Part shown: in pieces, positions 49,342 through 64,000 of the stretch
Position numbering within the stretch: the stretch's first letter is position 1
How the letters are laid out: every line of letters begins with the position of its first letter
DNA from: Massalongia carnosa
Taxonomy: Eukaryota
DNA length: 64,000 bases
Direction of reading: 5' to 3'
Assembly (NCBI GenBank): GCA_965645245.1
Contig: OZ287079.1
Span: 1,116,001 to 1,180,000, forward strand
Position numbers and translations under genes: made by a program
The notes under the pieces: model-generated
What the model was told of the DNA's origin: nothing
The model's database searches: none
The model's input: the letters and a program-made list of their open reading frames with translations, nothing else

Positions 49342-49572
49342 AAATAAGGAAAATATGAAGTATTATGAACAAGCAAAGATGTCGGTCATAGGCTCTCTTC
49401 TTCGGGTTAGTCGGCGATCCGTTGCTCCTCGCAACCCGTATTACCTAATTCAAGGTTACAATTAGGGTTATCGGCAACGAACGCAGTCCCGTAAACATTT
49501 CTGGCCCGTACCACATCCCGAAAAGCTTCAATTGCCACACTCTTATATTAAACATTAACCGAAAAAGGAGCC

Positions 49573-51323
49573 ATGGGTATTGAGCCACCATTTCTTTATG
49601 AAAACCCTGCGAAACACTCCTTCACAGGTCCAACGGATCGCGCATTCAATCCTCGCGCATCATCCCAAGCAGCCTGGGCGCAGGCTCCAAGGCCAAGGCC
49701 AAGGCAGGATGGCCCTTTGATCAACGCGAAGGAATTCAACAGGCATCCCGACTCGTATTTTGTGGTGTAATTAGTACCGCTCCGCCATAATGGCTCTGAA
49801 TCAGCTCTAACCCTTTATAGTCCTTATGGCAATTTGAATTGGAAACCTATGAGTCCTCGAACCAAAGTAAAAGTCAAATATGCAAGATGGATACAGCTAC
49901 TTTTTCGACTGCTTGCATTGATAGGCGCTGTTGGTATGCTGTTTTGCGTCATCTGCATCAAAGAGACTCAAGGAACGGAGGGCTGGATAATTAGAATACC
50001 AGTAAAGTTGTCCCCTTGTACAGTGAATGAACAAAACCTGATCATCTCAAGCCTGGCGTTGCCATTTTGCACACCATATATGCAATCTATCATCTTGCCC
50101 GATCTCCAATCTGTCGCACGCCAGCTTCTTCCGCCAGCTACATGATATTTGCAGCTGTTGTTGACGCCGGTCTGATCCCATTCCTCGTCCTGACAGCCTT
50201 GCTCTCCCGAACCCAATACATCAGTCCTGGCGACGCTAAGGGGCACTGGCAAACTCTCTTCAATTCCGAGAATGCAACATCTAAAATCTTATTATCAACG
50301 TTTCTCGTCAGTGTCGTGGCCGGCAGCCTTCATCTAATATCCCTTTTTATATCCCTCTACCTCGCCGTCATCTTCCGCCAAATTTCCAACCTACCCCCCG
50401 ACATGAACCCCTTGGAAGACAACCTCACCTCCCGCCACAAACGCAACAAATCGTCCCTGCTTGACAACCGCACCAGCGGCACCACAGCCACAACTACAAA
50501 CCGCAACTCCAAAGCCGAAGATTCACTCATCTCCCCTCCCCGCACCGTCCCATTCCTACACACCCGTGCCGACTCCCTCACAAATCTCGCCAATATACCC
50601 CATCCGCAAACCAGTCCCCGAGCCTCGCGCCACGATCTCCCCTCACCCTACTACGACCATCCCTCATCCAAGCGTGCCTCTCAATCCAACATCAACATCA
50701 GCGCCCCCATCCCCCCTACCAGACCTGCCTCATCGCTTTACCCCGACGCCTCCCGCTCCGCCTCTACAAGACCCCAATCAACAAATTCCCGCCCCCGCTC
50801 AACAGCCCCCCCACTTCCAAGCGACGACGAGAACTGGACCACCCACCCCTCTCCTCCCCCATCACCACCCTTCGAACTCAAACATCTACGCAAAGCCCCT
50901 TATCAGGCCCTCCCGCAATCCATTCCCTTTGACACCGTCAAACGCCTTACCCCCAGACCCCTAGAAATGAACCCGCCCACTCCACCCAACGCCCACGCGC
51001 CCCGACACGCAGACCAGGATTTCCGAGCCCTCGTGCCCGGCACAGGAAACACTATGGGCCTTGGCGCTAGCGCTAAGAAGCAGAGGGACGGGTATGAAGG
51101 ACTAGGGGGTGGAAGGGTGAAAGGGGGCGTTGGGAGGGTAGTAAGCCGGACTGGGGTAGAGATTGGGATCATGGAGATGGGGAAGGTGGTAAGGGTGAGG
51201 GAAGTCAGCGGGAAGATGGTGGAGGAGGGGAGGGGTGGTGCGGAATGGAAAGAGGATAGGAATGAAGTGGGACCATGGCGAGACGACGACAGTTGGCGGG
51301 GAAGAGGCGCGGGGATGTTTTGA
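49573..51323 (+). CDS. Conserved fungal membrane protein (four TM segments and a Pro/Ser-rich tail), function unknown
   Basis: Three exons (MGIEPPFLY..; ..LLALIGAVGMLFCVICI..; ..ISNLPPDMNPLEDNLTSRHKR..) with canonical introns. Confidence 0.8.
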
Positions 51324-54300
51324 GTGCCGGGGATCCCTGTCTTGTCTTGTGGATTTGAGGGAAAATGTGTTTGCTTGTTTTCTTTTGCTTTATTTTTAGC
51401 GGATAGCAGGAACTTGAATAAATGAATGGATAGATGGATCTAGTGTAAGGGATTGAGTTTCAGGAAACATCATCGCCATCACCATTACCATTAATGCAGA
51501 ACGGGGAGGGGGGGGGCCGGGGCCCACGAGGTTTTAATCTGAGCTTTTACGTCGATATAACCTCTCTCTATCTCATTCATGAGCGAATGAGTCCTCTCCG
51601 GAATACCGTCAAGAGAGGGAGGGAGATTCAATGTAGATAAATAGAGACGTCGATCAATCGATCGAGCACGTATAACGATAGACAAGGGGTAAATAATAGG
51701 CTGATTGATAGAAAAAAAAAGTGATATATGAATAATGTGGAAGGGAATTTTTTGGGAGGGTTTATGTATGGTTGGCTTTTTTTCCCCGCACCTTTATTTC
51801 GTCTTCGTATTGTTTCTCTTTTTATTCATCGTCGTCTTCTTTTTAGTATTTTCTTTCCCCCTCTTCACACTGTTATATACTCATCCGTTCTTTCCTGTTC
51901 TCCTTCTCGTTCGAGTATTTTAGTCGACTCACTCAATCTTGCATTCTTTTTGAAATTTTTAATGAATTTAAAAAATTTTATATTTATGTTTGCTTTTTTT
52001 AATAAAAAAAATAAAATAATAAGAAAAGAAAAGAAAAGAAAAGAAATCCAACTAAAACGAATATGTAAGCAGACAGACGGAACGGACAAATCTCATCTTT
52101 ATATGACAAGTCCTCAATCTCAAAAGAAACCTTTAAATGCAGCTGGAGAGATCTAGGTAGATAGATAGAGATAGTCGGTAATAGGCAGATGGCTACAGTA
52201 AGTAGGTGTGTGGTGGACAGGTTATGTAGATAGGTAGCCAATTTACTAGAATATGAAGATTGAGATTGAGATTGGGATTTTTTTATGAATAGATTTGTGA
52301 GCGTAAGAGAGAAAGGGAGAGAAAGGGATCGTTTTTTTTTTTGTTTGGGGAGAGGAGGAATAGGGGATAGAGAACGAGAGAGAGAGAGGTATCCTATCTA
52401 CCTCTCAATCCATCTATTAAAACCACAACAGAAAAGCCCAAGATCGTCATCATCAATTCTTTCCTCTCCTTCTCTCAATCAATCATTCAATCACCAATCT
52501 CTCTTTCCTCAATTAAACAGGGAAAGGAAGAGTGGTATCGAGTACCTAGGTAGTTCTATCAATGAATCGAAAACCGAAATAACTCCGATACACACATACC
52601 CTCCACGATCTAACAGATACTCAGATAGAATAGATAGCAGTGAAACAAAACGTAACTAGCTTTCTTGTATCATAAAAATCAATGCCAGCCTGAAGCCATG
52701 GCAATGGACCCACATCGCCCATCTCATATCGTGTCATAAGCCGAGTAAGAACAACATGCGCCTGACATTGTATCGCTGTGATGAGCTGAACAGCGAGGGG
52801 ACGAGATTGAAATCGAGCCTGTTATCCCCTCCAAGGTTTATAATACTGATTTCCCGAGTGGCTGTAACTGCTGACTGTTTCCTTGCAGGGTACTGGCTAC
52901 CTCGTGGCTAGGAATATCAATAATAGGATTTCCTCTAGGTTTGAAAATCCAAAAACAGGATGCTGGGTACACGTTGTCCGTGATGGTTTACTGGCAGCTT
53001 TAGCTAGCGACGAATCTTTCGTTTAAACGCTACAGGTTTTGGCCAAAGAATTACTAGGAAGAGAAAAGAAATGGAGATGAGTCATCCATGCCACCGACTC
53101 CTTTAACTAGCGGGTCTGTCGGTAGCTTGAGATTTCGCTGAAAATATCATCGAGGTTCTTTGGATCTTCACTGTAAGACTGTAGAATCAATGCAATTTTC
53201 TCTTCATTAGCCTTGTTTAAACCCACCTTTTTAACTAAATGGGTAAAGGGCCTTAAGGTTTTTTTGATACTCTATACATATCCTAAGAACCCGCCAAATC
53301 TTAGTTGTCATCCCTTATGAGCACGTTCAAAACTTAAGCCTCTACTGTATGTCTTTTCGATATCCGCTCCGAGTTTCTCCCTTTCTGGGGCTTCATTCCT
53401 GTATTGTACATAGCTATATCGAGAGTTTGTGGATGCACTAGAACCACGGCATGATTGTAAATTTCTGGACGGTAATCATAAGGCACAATATTTGCGTTTA
53501 TAAAGCATAGATAGGCTTTAAGAGTCAGGGAGTATACTAAGTACTATCCTTTTTTAAAGAGAGAAAAAGACTAGCATGGCTGAGTCACCACTCCGCTCTG
53601 ATGCTTAAACAACTGCACATGTCGTCTTGCGGAGCGGATGGAGAGATTCGGATGGACACTCGAGGGCAATAAATAGAGATATGTAAATCCAAATAAGGGT
53701 TGAATAAATAGAAACTAAAGGTAAAGCAAGCCCTAGATCTGGTCTCCGAAATGCTGAAGCTGAAATATCATGCTTATCAATCCTCCTGCAGCTCTAAGTA
53801 AGGCGATGATTACTATAGAGTACAGAGTACGCAGGCAAGATTCTCCAAACAGGGGCAATTTCTGAAGATCGCTGCCACATGAGAAACACTACTGCAAGAT
53901 GTTATGGAAAAAGAGCTTAGCGATACATGCATGAGTGCATATCTAGCAAGAGTAGAGACGCCGCACCGAGTAGATTCTAAAGTACTCTGTAGTCGCAAGA
54001 ACCACCGTTTTGCATCGAGAAGCGGAAACACCGTGACGCTGTGTGATCGATATGCAAAGACGGACCGGTCAGAGCGCCCGAAATAATCCACCGCAACGAA
54101 GGCGCATCTTAGCTGGCGCTAGGGGCTCATGATAGAGTGAATGCAATGGTTGCAGGTTCCCCTTAGATGGCGTTTGAACTAAGTTCGCATATGCCACAAA
54201 CTCGAGCAGTGCTTCAAGCTTACACAGCCTTATGTATCTCGCTGATATAAGCTGCCATCACCTACCGAAGACGCACAACATAATCTGTACCGGCGTAGCA

Positions 54301-54611
54301 TAAGAAAACACGCAGGGACAGCCGATATGCTTTCAGACGCAAAATTGACAATGATAAGTCAAAACCCCGTCAAGAGGCTAAACCCGACATCTATCAAATG
54401 TTTCATCCGACTGACAAAGCTGAGGCTGAGTAGAACCGTTCAACCTAGTCAAGGATTTCCTTGAGTAAAAGCCTTTAAGGGCTAGAAACAGTGCTAGACC
54501 ATATTGAGGTTGCTGTGCTCTCGTTAAAATGCCGGCATCTAAACCAGCCACGGTGGTAAGATATAGGGCTGAATTGTCACGAACCAAGGCCAGACAGTTC
54601 ACGTATTTGAT

Positions 54612-55287
54612 TTATTCATTCATGACCCTTTTCACTTTTTCCAGCAATACTTTGCTCTCACGTCCCAGCTTCCTTTGACCGTTTTTCCCTCCTACCCTCG
54701 CCTTGGCCATTGCCTTTCGAAATCTTTCTCTTTCTTCAAACTTCTCCTGTCGTTGCCTGTTGCTCTCGTGAAACGCCTTCTCCCTTTCTTCTGCCTCCTC
54801 CTTCCGTTGCTGAGCTATGCGTGATTCTTTCTCAAATGGTGCCTTCTTAGGGCGTTTTATTCTTTGCGGTCGAGAGTTGTTATCATACGATATCGGCATT
54901 GCCCGCACCACAGAACTAGGTTCGTCTAGCATGGCTTGTCTGTCAGGGTGTAGCTCGAGAGTTGCAGGTTGAGCTTCCTGATTACCATTCGTGGTAGGGA
55001 TGCTATCTACTTTGCCTAGTAGCTCGCGCTCCTTGAGCTTATTATAAGACTTCTTGACTTTTGCTTTGCGTATCAAAGTCTGCTTGATTTTTTGAACTGT
55101 AGTAATTGATAAGAAAACCCAAAGGCGAGTTCAATCCCAAATGCGCCTGTAGTGACATACCTTTGCGCCGATATGTTCCATCTGGTAGATTCGCTGGCCC
55201 CACAGTAAAGCCTTTCCTCGACTTCTGAGATGAATAATTTCTCGTTCCATCAGAATCTTTCTGATCAATCTTCCTTTTTGATGCCAT
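54612..55287 (-). CDS. FYV7: rRNA-processing protein, Fyv7-like
   Basis: Two exons; GFTVGPANLPDGTYRRK|VQKIKQTLIRKAKVKKSY and a basic C-terminus GQRKLGRESKVLLEKV. Confidence 0.7.
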
Positions 55288-55420
55288 ATTTCTATGTCTT
55301 GCGGTAAAGATATATGGACGACAGCGGCACAGCTGTTTAATCCTTATTTGAAGGTTTTCCCGTTGAAATGTACGAGGAAAGTGTGAAACCTTAGTTACTA
55401 ATCAATTATGCAAGCACTTT

Positions 55421-55462
55421 ACGCGCTCTCTGCAGGAACGCGTCAACCCTTCTCCGGCGCGT
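55421..55462. promoter_or_regulatory. Cluster of MCB-like (ACGCG) elements in the MCM3 promoter
   Basis: ACGCG at 55421, ACGCGT at 55438-55443 and GCGCGT at 55457-55462, about 100 bp upstream of the MCM3 ATG. MBF sites are established at fungal G1/S replication genes. Confidence 0.55.
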
Positions 55463-55552
55463 CCGTTCTACAGTGATAAATAACAAATCTTTACTTCTAA
55501 CCTGTTCGCAATTCAGACAGCAACAGACTTGAATACTCAATAGTAGATTGCA

Positions 55553-58656
<3,104 letters not shown>

Positions 58657-58794
58657 AGTCACCCAACCTATCCGTTCACAGCCTCATGAAAACTGTGAAG
58701 GGAGGTTTTTTTCCCGTTCTGTTCCGTTCCAGTTTCCGGCGCTGCGGCGCTGCTTTTTCTGGTATGCCGGGTAGGAGTGGGGGACTTGCTCGGT

Positions 58795-58827
58795 TGGGCT
58801 AGGCTGGGCTAGGCTGGGCTAGGCTGG
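58795..58827. repeat. 10-bp tandem repeat (GGGCTAGGCT)x3
   Basis: Directly visible in the sequence. Confidence 0.85.
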
Positions 58828-58851
58828 CTTTGGGGGAGGACTTGGGGGATA

Positions 58852-60185
58852 CAGTACTAGGCCAAAAGTCTGCGGCCCGCACCCCACCAACATTTCAATC
58901 ATTCTATTCAATCAACAATCAACCACGTCACGATTGCTGAAATGTCTTGAAACTTTACATAATGATTACATACATACTAAACACGAATTCCCCCAAAAAT
59001 TGATTTTTAATATTTAGTATACCATCCTTCCGACGCTATACACGCTTTTATCCTCCTATTCATGCTCTCTATTAACCTCATCATTTTCACATCTATCAAC
59101 GTCCAGGCTTCTTCTAACGCTTTCCAAAGTACCTCACGAACAGTTTCATCACTGCCGCTCACCAAATCTATGTTCGGGTTGACTTGATAGACGAGCTTTT
59201 TGAGCACATACCAAACGTGCTCGATAGGATTTAAATCAGGTGAATAGGGGGGCCAATCGATGACCTCTATGCCGTTCTCATTGAACCATTCCATCACCTT
59301 TTTAGCCTTATGTATAGGTGCGTTATCCTGCATGAAAATGAGGCCCGGTTGCCAAATTCCAAGCAGATTATCGTTCAATAATTCCATATATGAGTTCGCC
59401 GAGTACCCCATCTTCTTCGCAGCAAAATCACGAGCCAATTTGTAAAGATCTGACCTGTCATCTCCCCAAAAAGCTGCCCAGACCATGACACTGACTCCTT
59501 TGCCTTTGGGGACAGGTTGTATCATCTCTTTATTCCATTTTTCTTTCGGCAATCCGAACACCCACTGACGCTGTTTTCCTGACCCCTTTTCCACCGAGCA
59601 CCCATCTGACCATATAACTCTTGACCACTGCTCAAAAGTCCACTCACGCCGCAGCAAGCACCAATCCAATCGTTTCTTGGCCACCTCAGGCGTCAATAAA
59701 TGTCGTTTTTTAGCCACCCAGTTGGTTAAACCATACAGTTTGAGTGCCCGATAAATAGTCGTACGACTGCAGCCGAGCCCCACTTCTAGTTTGATTTGTG
59801 CATAAGTGATTCGTGGATTGATTCGTGCATGCTTGATGATATAACGTCGATCGCGTTCTGACAGCACTTCAGGCCGTCCAGAACGTGATTTAGACACGCC
59901 GTCGTTGCGAATTGAGTGCTTCTGAATGGTGCTCTGCACGGTCGATTTAGTGAAATTAAGAGTCTTCCCAATCTCGGTCGGTGTGTGCCCCAACGCCTGG
60001 GCCCCAACAATCATACCACGTTGATATGGCATCAATTCAGTGTTACGAGGCCGATAAGCACTTATGGGGGTCAAAGAAGCACGAAGCATGGTGAAATGAT
60101 GAGGTGGAAGATGGGGGGTTGATGAGTTGAAAACGCGAAATCACGAAAATTACGGGTTGGGCCGCAGACTTTTGGCACGGGACGG
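58852..60185 (-). mobile_element. Tc1/impala-like DNA transposon
   Basis: Left end TA|CAGT. Shared 18-bp inverted core GCCAAAAGTCTGCGGCCC at 58861-58878 and 60159-60176. Contains a transposase ORF. Confidence 0.88.
59007..60089 (-). CDS. Tc1-family DD34E transposase, apparently intact
   Basis: Paired-like HTHs with a GRP linker, IWSD, FMQDNAPIH and WPPYSPDLNPIEH (34 aa between D and E). Confidence 0.95.
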   Translation of the reverse strand: MLRASLTPISAYRPRNTELMPYQRGMIVGAQALGHTPTEIGKTLNFTKSTVQSTIQKHSIRNDGVSKSRSGRPEVLSERDRRYIIKHARINPRITYAQIKLEVGLGCSRTTIYRALKLYGLTNWVAKKRHLLTPEVAKKRLDWCLLRREWTFEQWSRVIWSDGCSVEKGSGKQRQWVFGLPKEKWNKEMIQPVPKGKGVSVMVWAAFWGDDRSDLYKLARDFAAKKMGYSANSYMELLNDNLLGIWQPGLIFMQDNAPIHKAKKVMEWFNENGIEVIDWPPYSPDLNPIEHVWYVLKKLVYQVNPNIDLVSGSDETVREVLWKALEEAWTLIDVKMMRLIESMNRRIKACIASEGWYTKY

Positions 60186-61217
60186 CCGGCGTTGATGAGA
60201 TTAGTGGCTCCACCGGACTCAGCAGAGGAACCGAGCATTGTACATATATTGCCAATGGGGTCGCCTACCTATCTACCCACCTATATTCATACATTCTTTC
60301 CCTATTAGAAACGCAGTTGGCGTCTCCGAACTTTTGTTACCTACCAACCCCAAAAACACCTACAACATACGATAATATATAAACCCCTATCCTACCCTGA
60401 TACTTAGTTTCCCAGTATTAAATTACTTTTTGGCATTCTCCCCGCCGGTCTCAGGCTTCAATACCCCGCAACCCTACAGAGTGATTGGAATCGCCAGTAG
60501 TTATCCTGGGACATTCTAAGGGCAAGGTCCCCCGGATTTTGGTATGTAAATACAGGGGTAGGCAGCGGGGATACAGCGTGTGGTACTCTATACGCTGTAT
60601 CCCCGCTGCCTATCATGATCACCATGAATGACGTCCAGACATCAGCCTCAGAGGTTACCGAGCCCATCATGTCCGGCCATGGCACCGCCGGTAGCCCGTT
60701 CCACCACGAGAGTCTTTGTAAATAGAAACTCCAACACGTTCGAGTTTCAGGGACGTTATGCATGCATGATTATTATATGGCCACACGGTCGACGGTTTGA
60801 TGTTTACAAGCTCGTGTCCTTGAATCGATACGATGAACCCTGCGGCGGCCCGAAGATCAACTGGTAAAAACAATAACTCGGTTAACTAGCTAGCTAACTC
60901 AAGATAGTTAGCTGGCATTCCCCACGGATGCATATCTTATCCTTACCTGTGCGTACGACGGCAGATGGCTCTTTGGCCAAGGCAACACTTAATAATTCTT
61001 CTCAAACGCAATTAGACATGAATTTTTAAAGGTCTCAGATTATGCTGCCTTGCTCGTTCATTGATTTCCTCTTTCCTCATTTTCTGTTTACGTTGGAATT
61101 CCTGTTCTCTTTTTCTTTCGAACTAACGAAAACGTGTAGTACAACCGTACAACATTTTCAACCTCCCTTCTTTCTTCTCCTGTCACCTGTGTGTTGAGAA
61201 GGCGCGCTCAGAAGCAA

Positions 61218-62263
61218 ATGATAAACAAATTTCGCCATCACGCACCAGACTGTATCAAGATGACCAAGACCTGGCTATAGAAGTTTATCTTGCGCCCCCT
61301 CACATTTCTGTTAGCAGTGGCAGGCATAGGCTGTCTTGCATGGTCCGTAGACAAAAGCAGGCGGGTGCCAACGAGATTAGGTGGAAATTAGTATGGGAGG
61401 TCTCAGCATCTGACCTTATCTTGGATTCTTGTCCTTGTAAACTAATTGTCTTCAAATCAATGCTTCTAATACACCCCTTACAATTCAATACTCCAATAGC
61501 TCGTGCTATCCGTCATCTAGAATGTTGCCAACATCGCCGTGCTGCTATCGGACAATTGCGCAATCGCGCCGTCCATCCAGGTGCGAACATCGCCTGTAAT
61601 CTACTTCTATGCCTCGGTTTGACCGCGATGGACCTCTTTTTCTTCTGGCTAATGTTGTGGCGGACACTACTGATTCCTACTACCTGTATGACTATGGGCC
61701 CTACTATTCCGAAAATACCTCGGATTACGACAATCGTGTGGGAGTATTCCGCTCCCGGAGTATCATTGAGGCTGTAGGCTGCGGGTTTTCTATTGCTATG
61801 ATGTAAGTCGAATCGAAAAACCGTCTTGTTACGGATCAGATTTACTTGATTTGGTCTCACTAGTTGACTTATCTTTCTCAGACTTTGTCATTTCGCTCTC
61901 TTCATTTCTACCTGTAGATATACGCATGCTCGTAGGAAGGTGATAGCCGCGAGGAATGCGATTGTGGTAGCACGCGAGTTGGTTGTGGAAATGACAAGGA
62001 ACGGCCAATTGCCGCCGGTTTCGCGCCTACAAGCTCGGACGCCATCACCAATTTGGATCCTCCTCTCTCGCCAGCTTCCAATCAATCATACCTGGCTGCA
62101 GGCGAGAGAGCACCTTTGCAAAATCCTTATTCAGCCTCAACCTCTCAACCCCCCAATCCAACCTCCACATTGCCTATTACAGTTCCATCAGCAACTCTAC
62201 GGAACTCATCCCAAAACCCCGTCAAGACTCAAATCTCCACACAGCGCCATCAAACAATCCTGA
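61218..62263 (+). pseudogene. Disrupted four-TM (MARVEL-like) membrane protein gene
   Basis: Reconstructed across introns 61437-61499 and ~61803-61880: KFILRPLTFLLAVAGIGCLAW..LVLSVI*NVANIAVLLS/RNRAVHPGANIACNLLLCLGL..CHFALFISTCRYTHARR. Three TAG stops and two frameshifts. The 3' end is uncertain. Confidence 0.65.
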
Positions 62264-63038
62264 GCAGGGTAGCAGTTCCAGCGTCACCGTGCCAAGATCT
62301 ATGTCCCTGCCTATGTCGCCGCAAAGCCCGACGTATGGTATGCGGTAGGAGGATCGGTTCCACGGGATAGGCGGAGGAGCTGGATAACGGACTTGTACCT
62401 GTTTCTTAGATACCATTTCTCGCAGCTCCATGGGTCTGCTTCATTCAGAAAAACATGATTATGCTCAGCTGGTATGTGCGTACCATTTAGAACGCCGAAT
62501 CTGTTGATAACCAAACCAGGTTTTCGAAAGCAGATGTGTCAACAACGCAACTGAGGCTCGCTTCTAGCGTCAAATCATTTGACTCGTATCTTGTGAAGGA
62601 GTAAATCGCGACGGATTTGTATCTTGTGAGGGAATAATCCCTGATAATTGGATGAATGGGTTGGTGGGCAGTGAACGGGCAGCGAGTTGAGGCTGCAAGG
62701 TCATATGTTGTTGGATCTTCACGATGCGTGTGAAGCTTTATTCTTTACCTTTGTGGATATGTTCAGCTAAGATAGCGAAGTCCTCTTTTCTTTCTCGTTC
62801 CCATTCTCATTCTCTTCGCCTTTTCATCCTAACTACCATCATGGCTTTCTATTCTTACTTTTTCCCTCCTTGGATCTTGAAGTTTAACGCTCCCATGTTT
62901 ATGGATTGGTTCTCCATCTACTATCTTTTACAGGAAACCTCATATTCGAAGCTGGCAATAAAATAATTTCTTCTTTTCTCTCATCTCTTTCCCTTCTCAA
63001 TCTTATTCATCATTGATTGTTTACTTACTTTCTGCCCG

Positions 63039-63069
<31 letters not shown>

Positions 63070-64000
63070 CCCCCCCCCCATCATTTTCATCTCAATTTTT
63101 CAAAAATTATTATACTCGATACCTACATCCACATAACGAAATAAACTGCTCAGCCAAATCCTAATATCTGTGGAAAACCGGATACTGGGTCACAGAATCG
63201 GAAATAACATTACTTCAATACCGACACTCACATGTTCAATCAATAACTACTAGCTTTGGCTTACTATATATCTATCGCGATTTCAATTCCATGTCGGATA
63301 GAACATACGCAGAAGCAAGATTGACGTGATTCACTGCGCGTGAGAGGGGTTTTTCTATCGTTCTTTTGTTTTTGTATATATTATCGAATTTTCATCACTC
63401 ATCATGGACCCAATCAACGAATTGCGAAAATTTAGCCTGCAGCTGGTAAAGCCATGAAGTACCTGCACTAAGCTCGAACGAATGTTGAGATATTAAGTCA
63501 ATCTTACTGCTACTTTACCTGTCTGCCAGAATGAGACGTGGGGTGATTTCGGAATAAGATCGAAAGCGCATAGAGACGATTTGATACAGATTCATCCTTT
63601 TACCATTTAGGAGGAGGGAGAAATCAACGAAGGATTTACTGCGGATCCGTTCAACCTGGGAGGGGAAAAACAAAATTTATCGATTGATTGCTTCTTTCTT
63701 ATGTTTTCTGTTTCTCTCCATTTTCTGTTTTAGAAAATGATAAATAGCTCATTTGGAGATTCTGAGTTTTCCAGAAAGGTGTGATGGCGCCAGCGAGTTC
63801 TCTTCTCTATATCAATTTCTACGTCATACTTCGAGGTTCACACAGGATTAGGAGATAGTTCCCTTTTAACCAACCCTTGAAGTGTACTCAACTCGACCAA
63901 AGAGGTTTTTCTGGTTTGGTCGGTCAAATGTCGAATGTGCTGGTTTGGGGCGAAAGAACGGTTGCACATTTGACGGTCGACGAGGGAGGGTTTTTCATCA

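Noticed and set aside
49461..49470. Telomere-like TTAGGGTTA, considered as a telomerase RNA template
   Set aside because: Single short occurrence in a 230-bp divergent promoter; at most a telobox-like site
51330..52680. ORFs in an AT-rich low-complexity region
   Set aside because: Poly-A/T and AG-rich tracts with no coding signal
60458..61020. Possible decayed small protein gene on the minus strand
   Set aside because: Overlapping short ORFs look weakly protein-like, but no start, signal peptide or family could be supported

Overview
Eukaryotic, intron-containing genomic DNA from a filamentous ascomycete (Pezizomycotina). A lichen-forming lineage is possible from composition, but that is inference only. 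About 17 host genes are recognisable: the STU1/CLASP 3' end, a LIM-RhoGAP, ASK1, a cPLA2-type phospholipase, Rad26/UvsD, CDS1, the CTK2 cyclin, a palmitoyl-protein thioesterase, CIC1/UTP30, an L-2-hydroxyglutarate dehydrogenase-like gene, an SGNH+FG-GAP secreted protein, ARH1, a FYV7-like gene, MCM3 and several hypotheticals. The most striking structure is a 7.65-kb nested mobile element (34255-41909). It is a Fot1/pogo DD35D DNA transposon with perfect 72-bp hairpin-containing TIRs, a TA duplication and a broken transposase. It carries a full-length Tad1-like LINE with a 15-bp TSD, an intact endonuclease-RT ORF2 and an AUGA ORF1/ORF2 overlap. Also present are an intact DD34E Tc1 transposase with asymmetric ends, a decayed (GGYL)n-coding minisatellite, a spliced orphan gene resembling a divergent Pcl/Pho80 cyclin, a pseudogene with three UAG stops at probable Trp positions, and a recurrent C-rich to G-rich switch at gene 3' ends. 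Exon boundaries were read by eye and no database searches were run.
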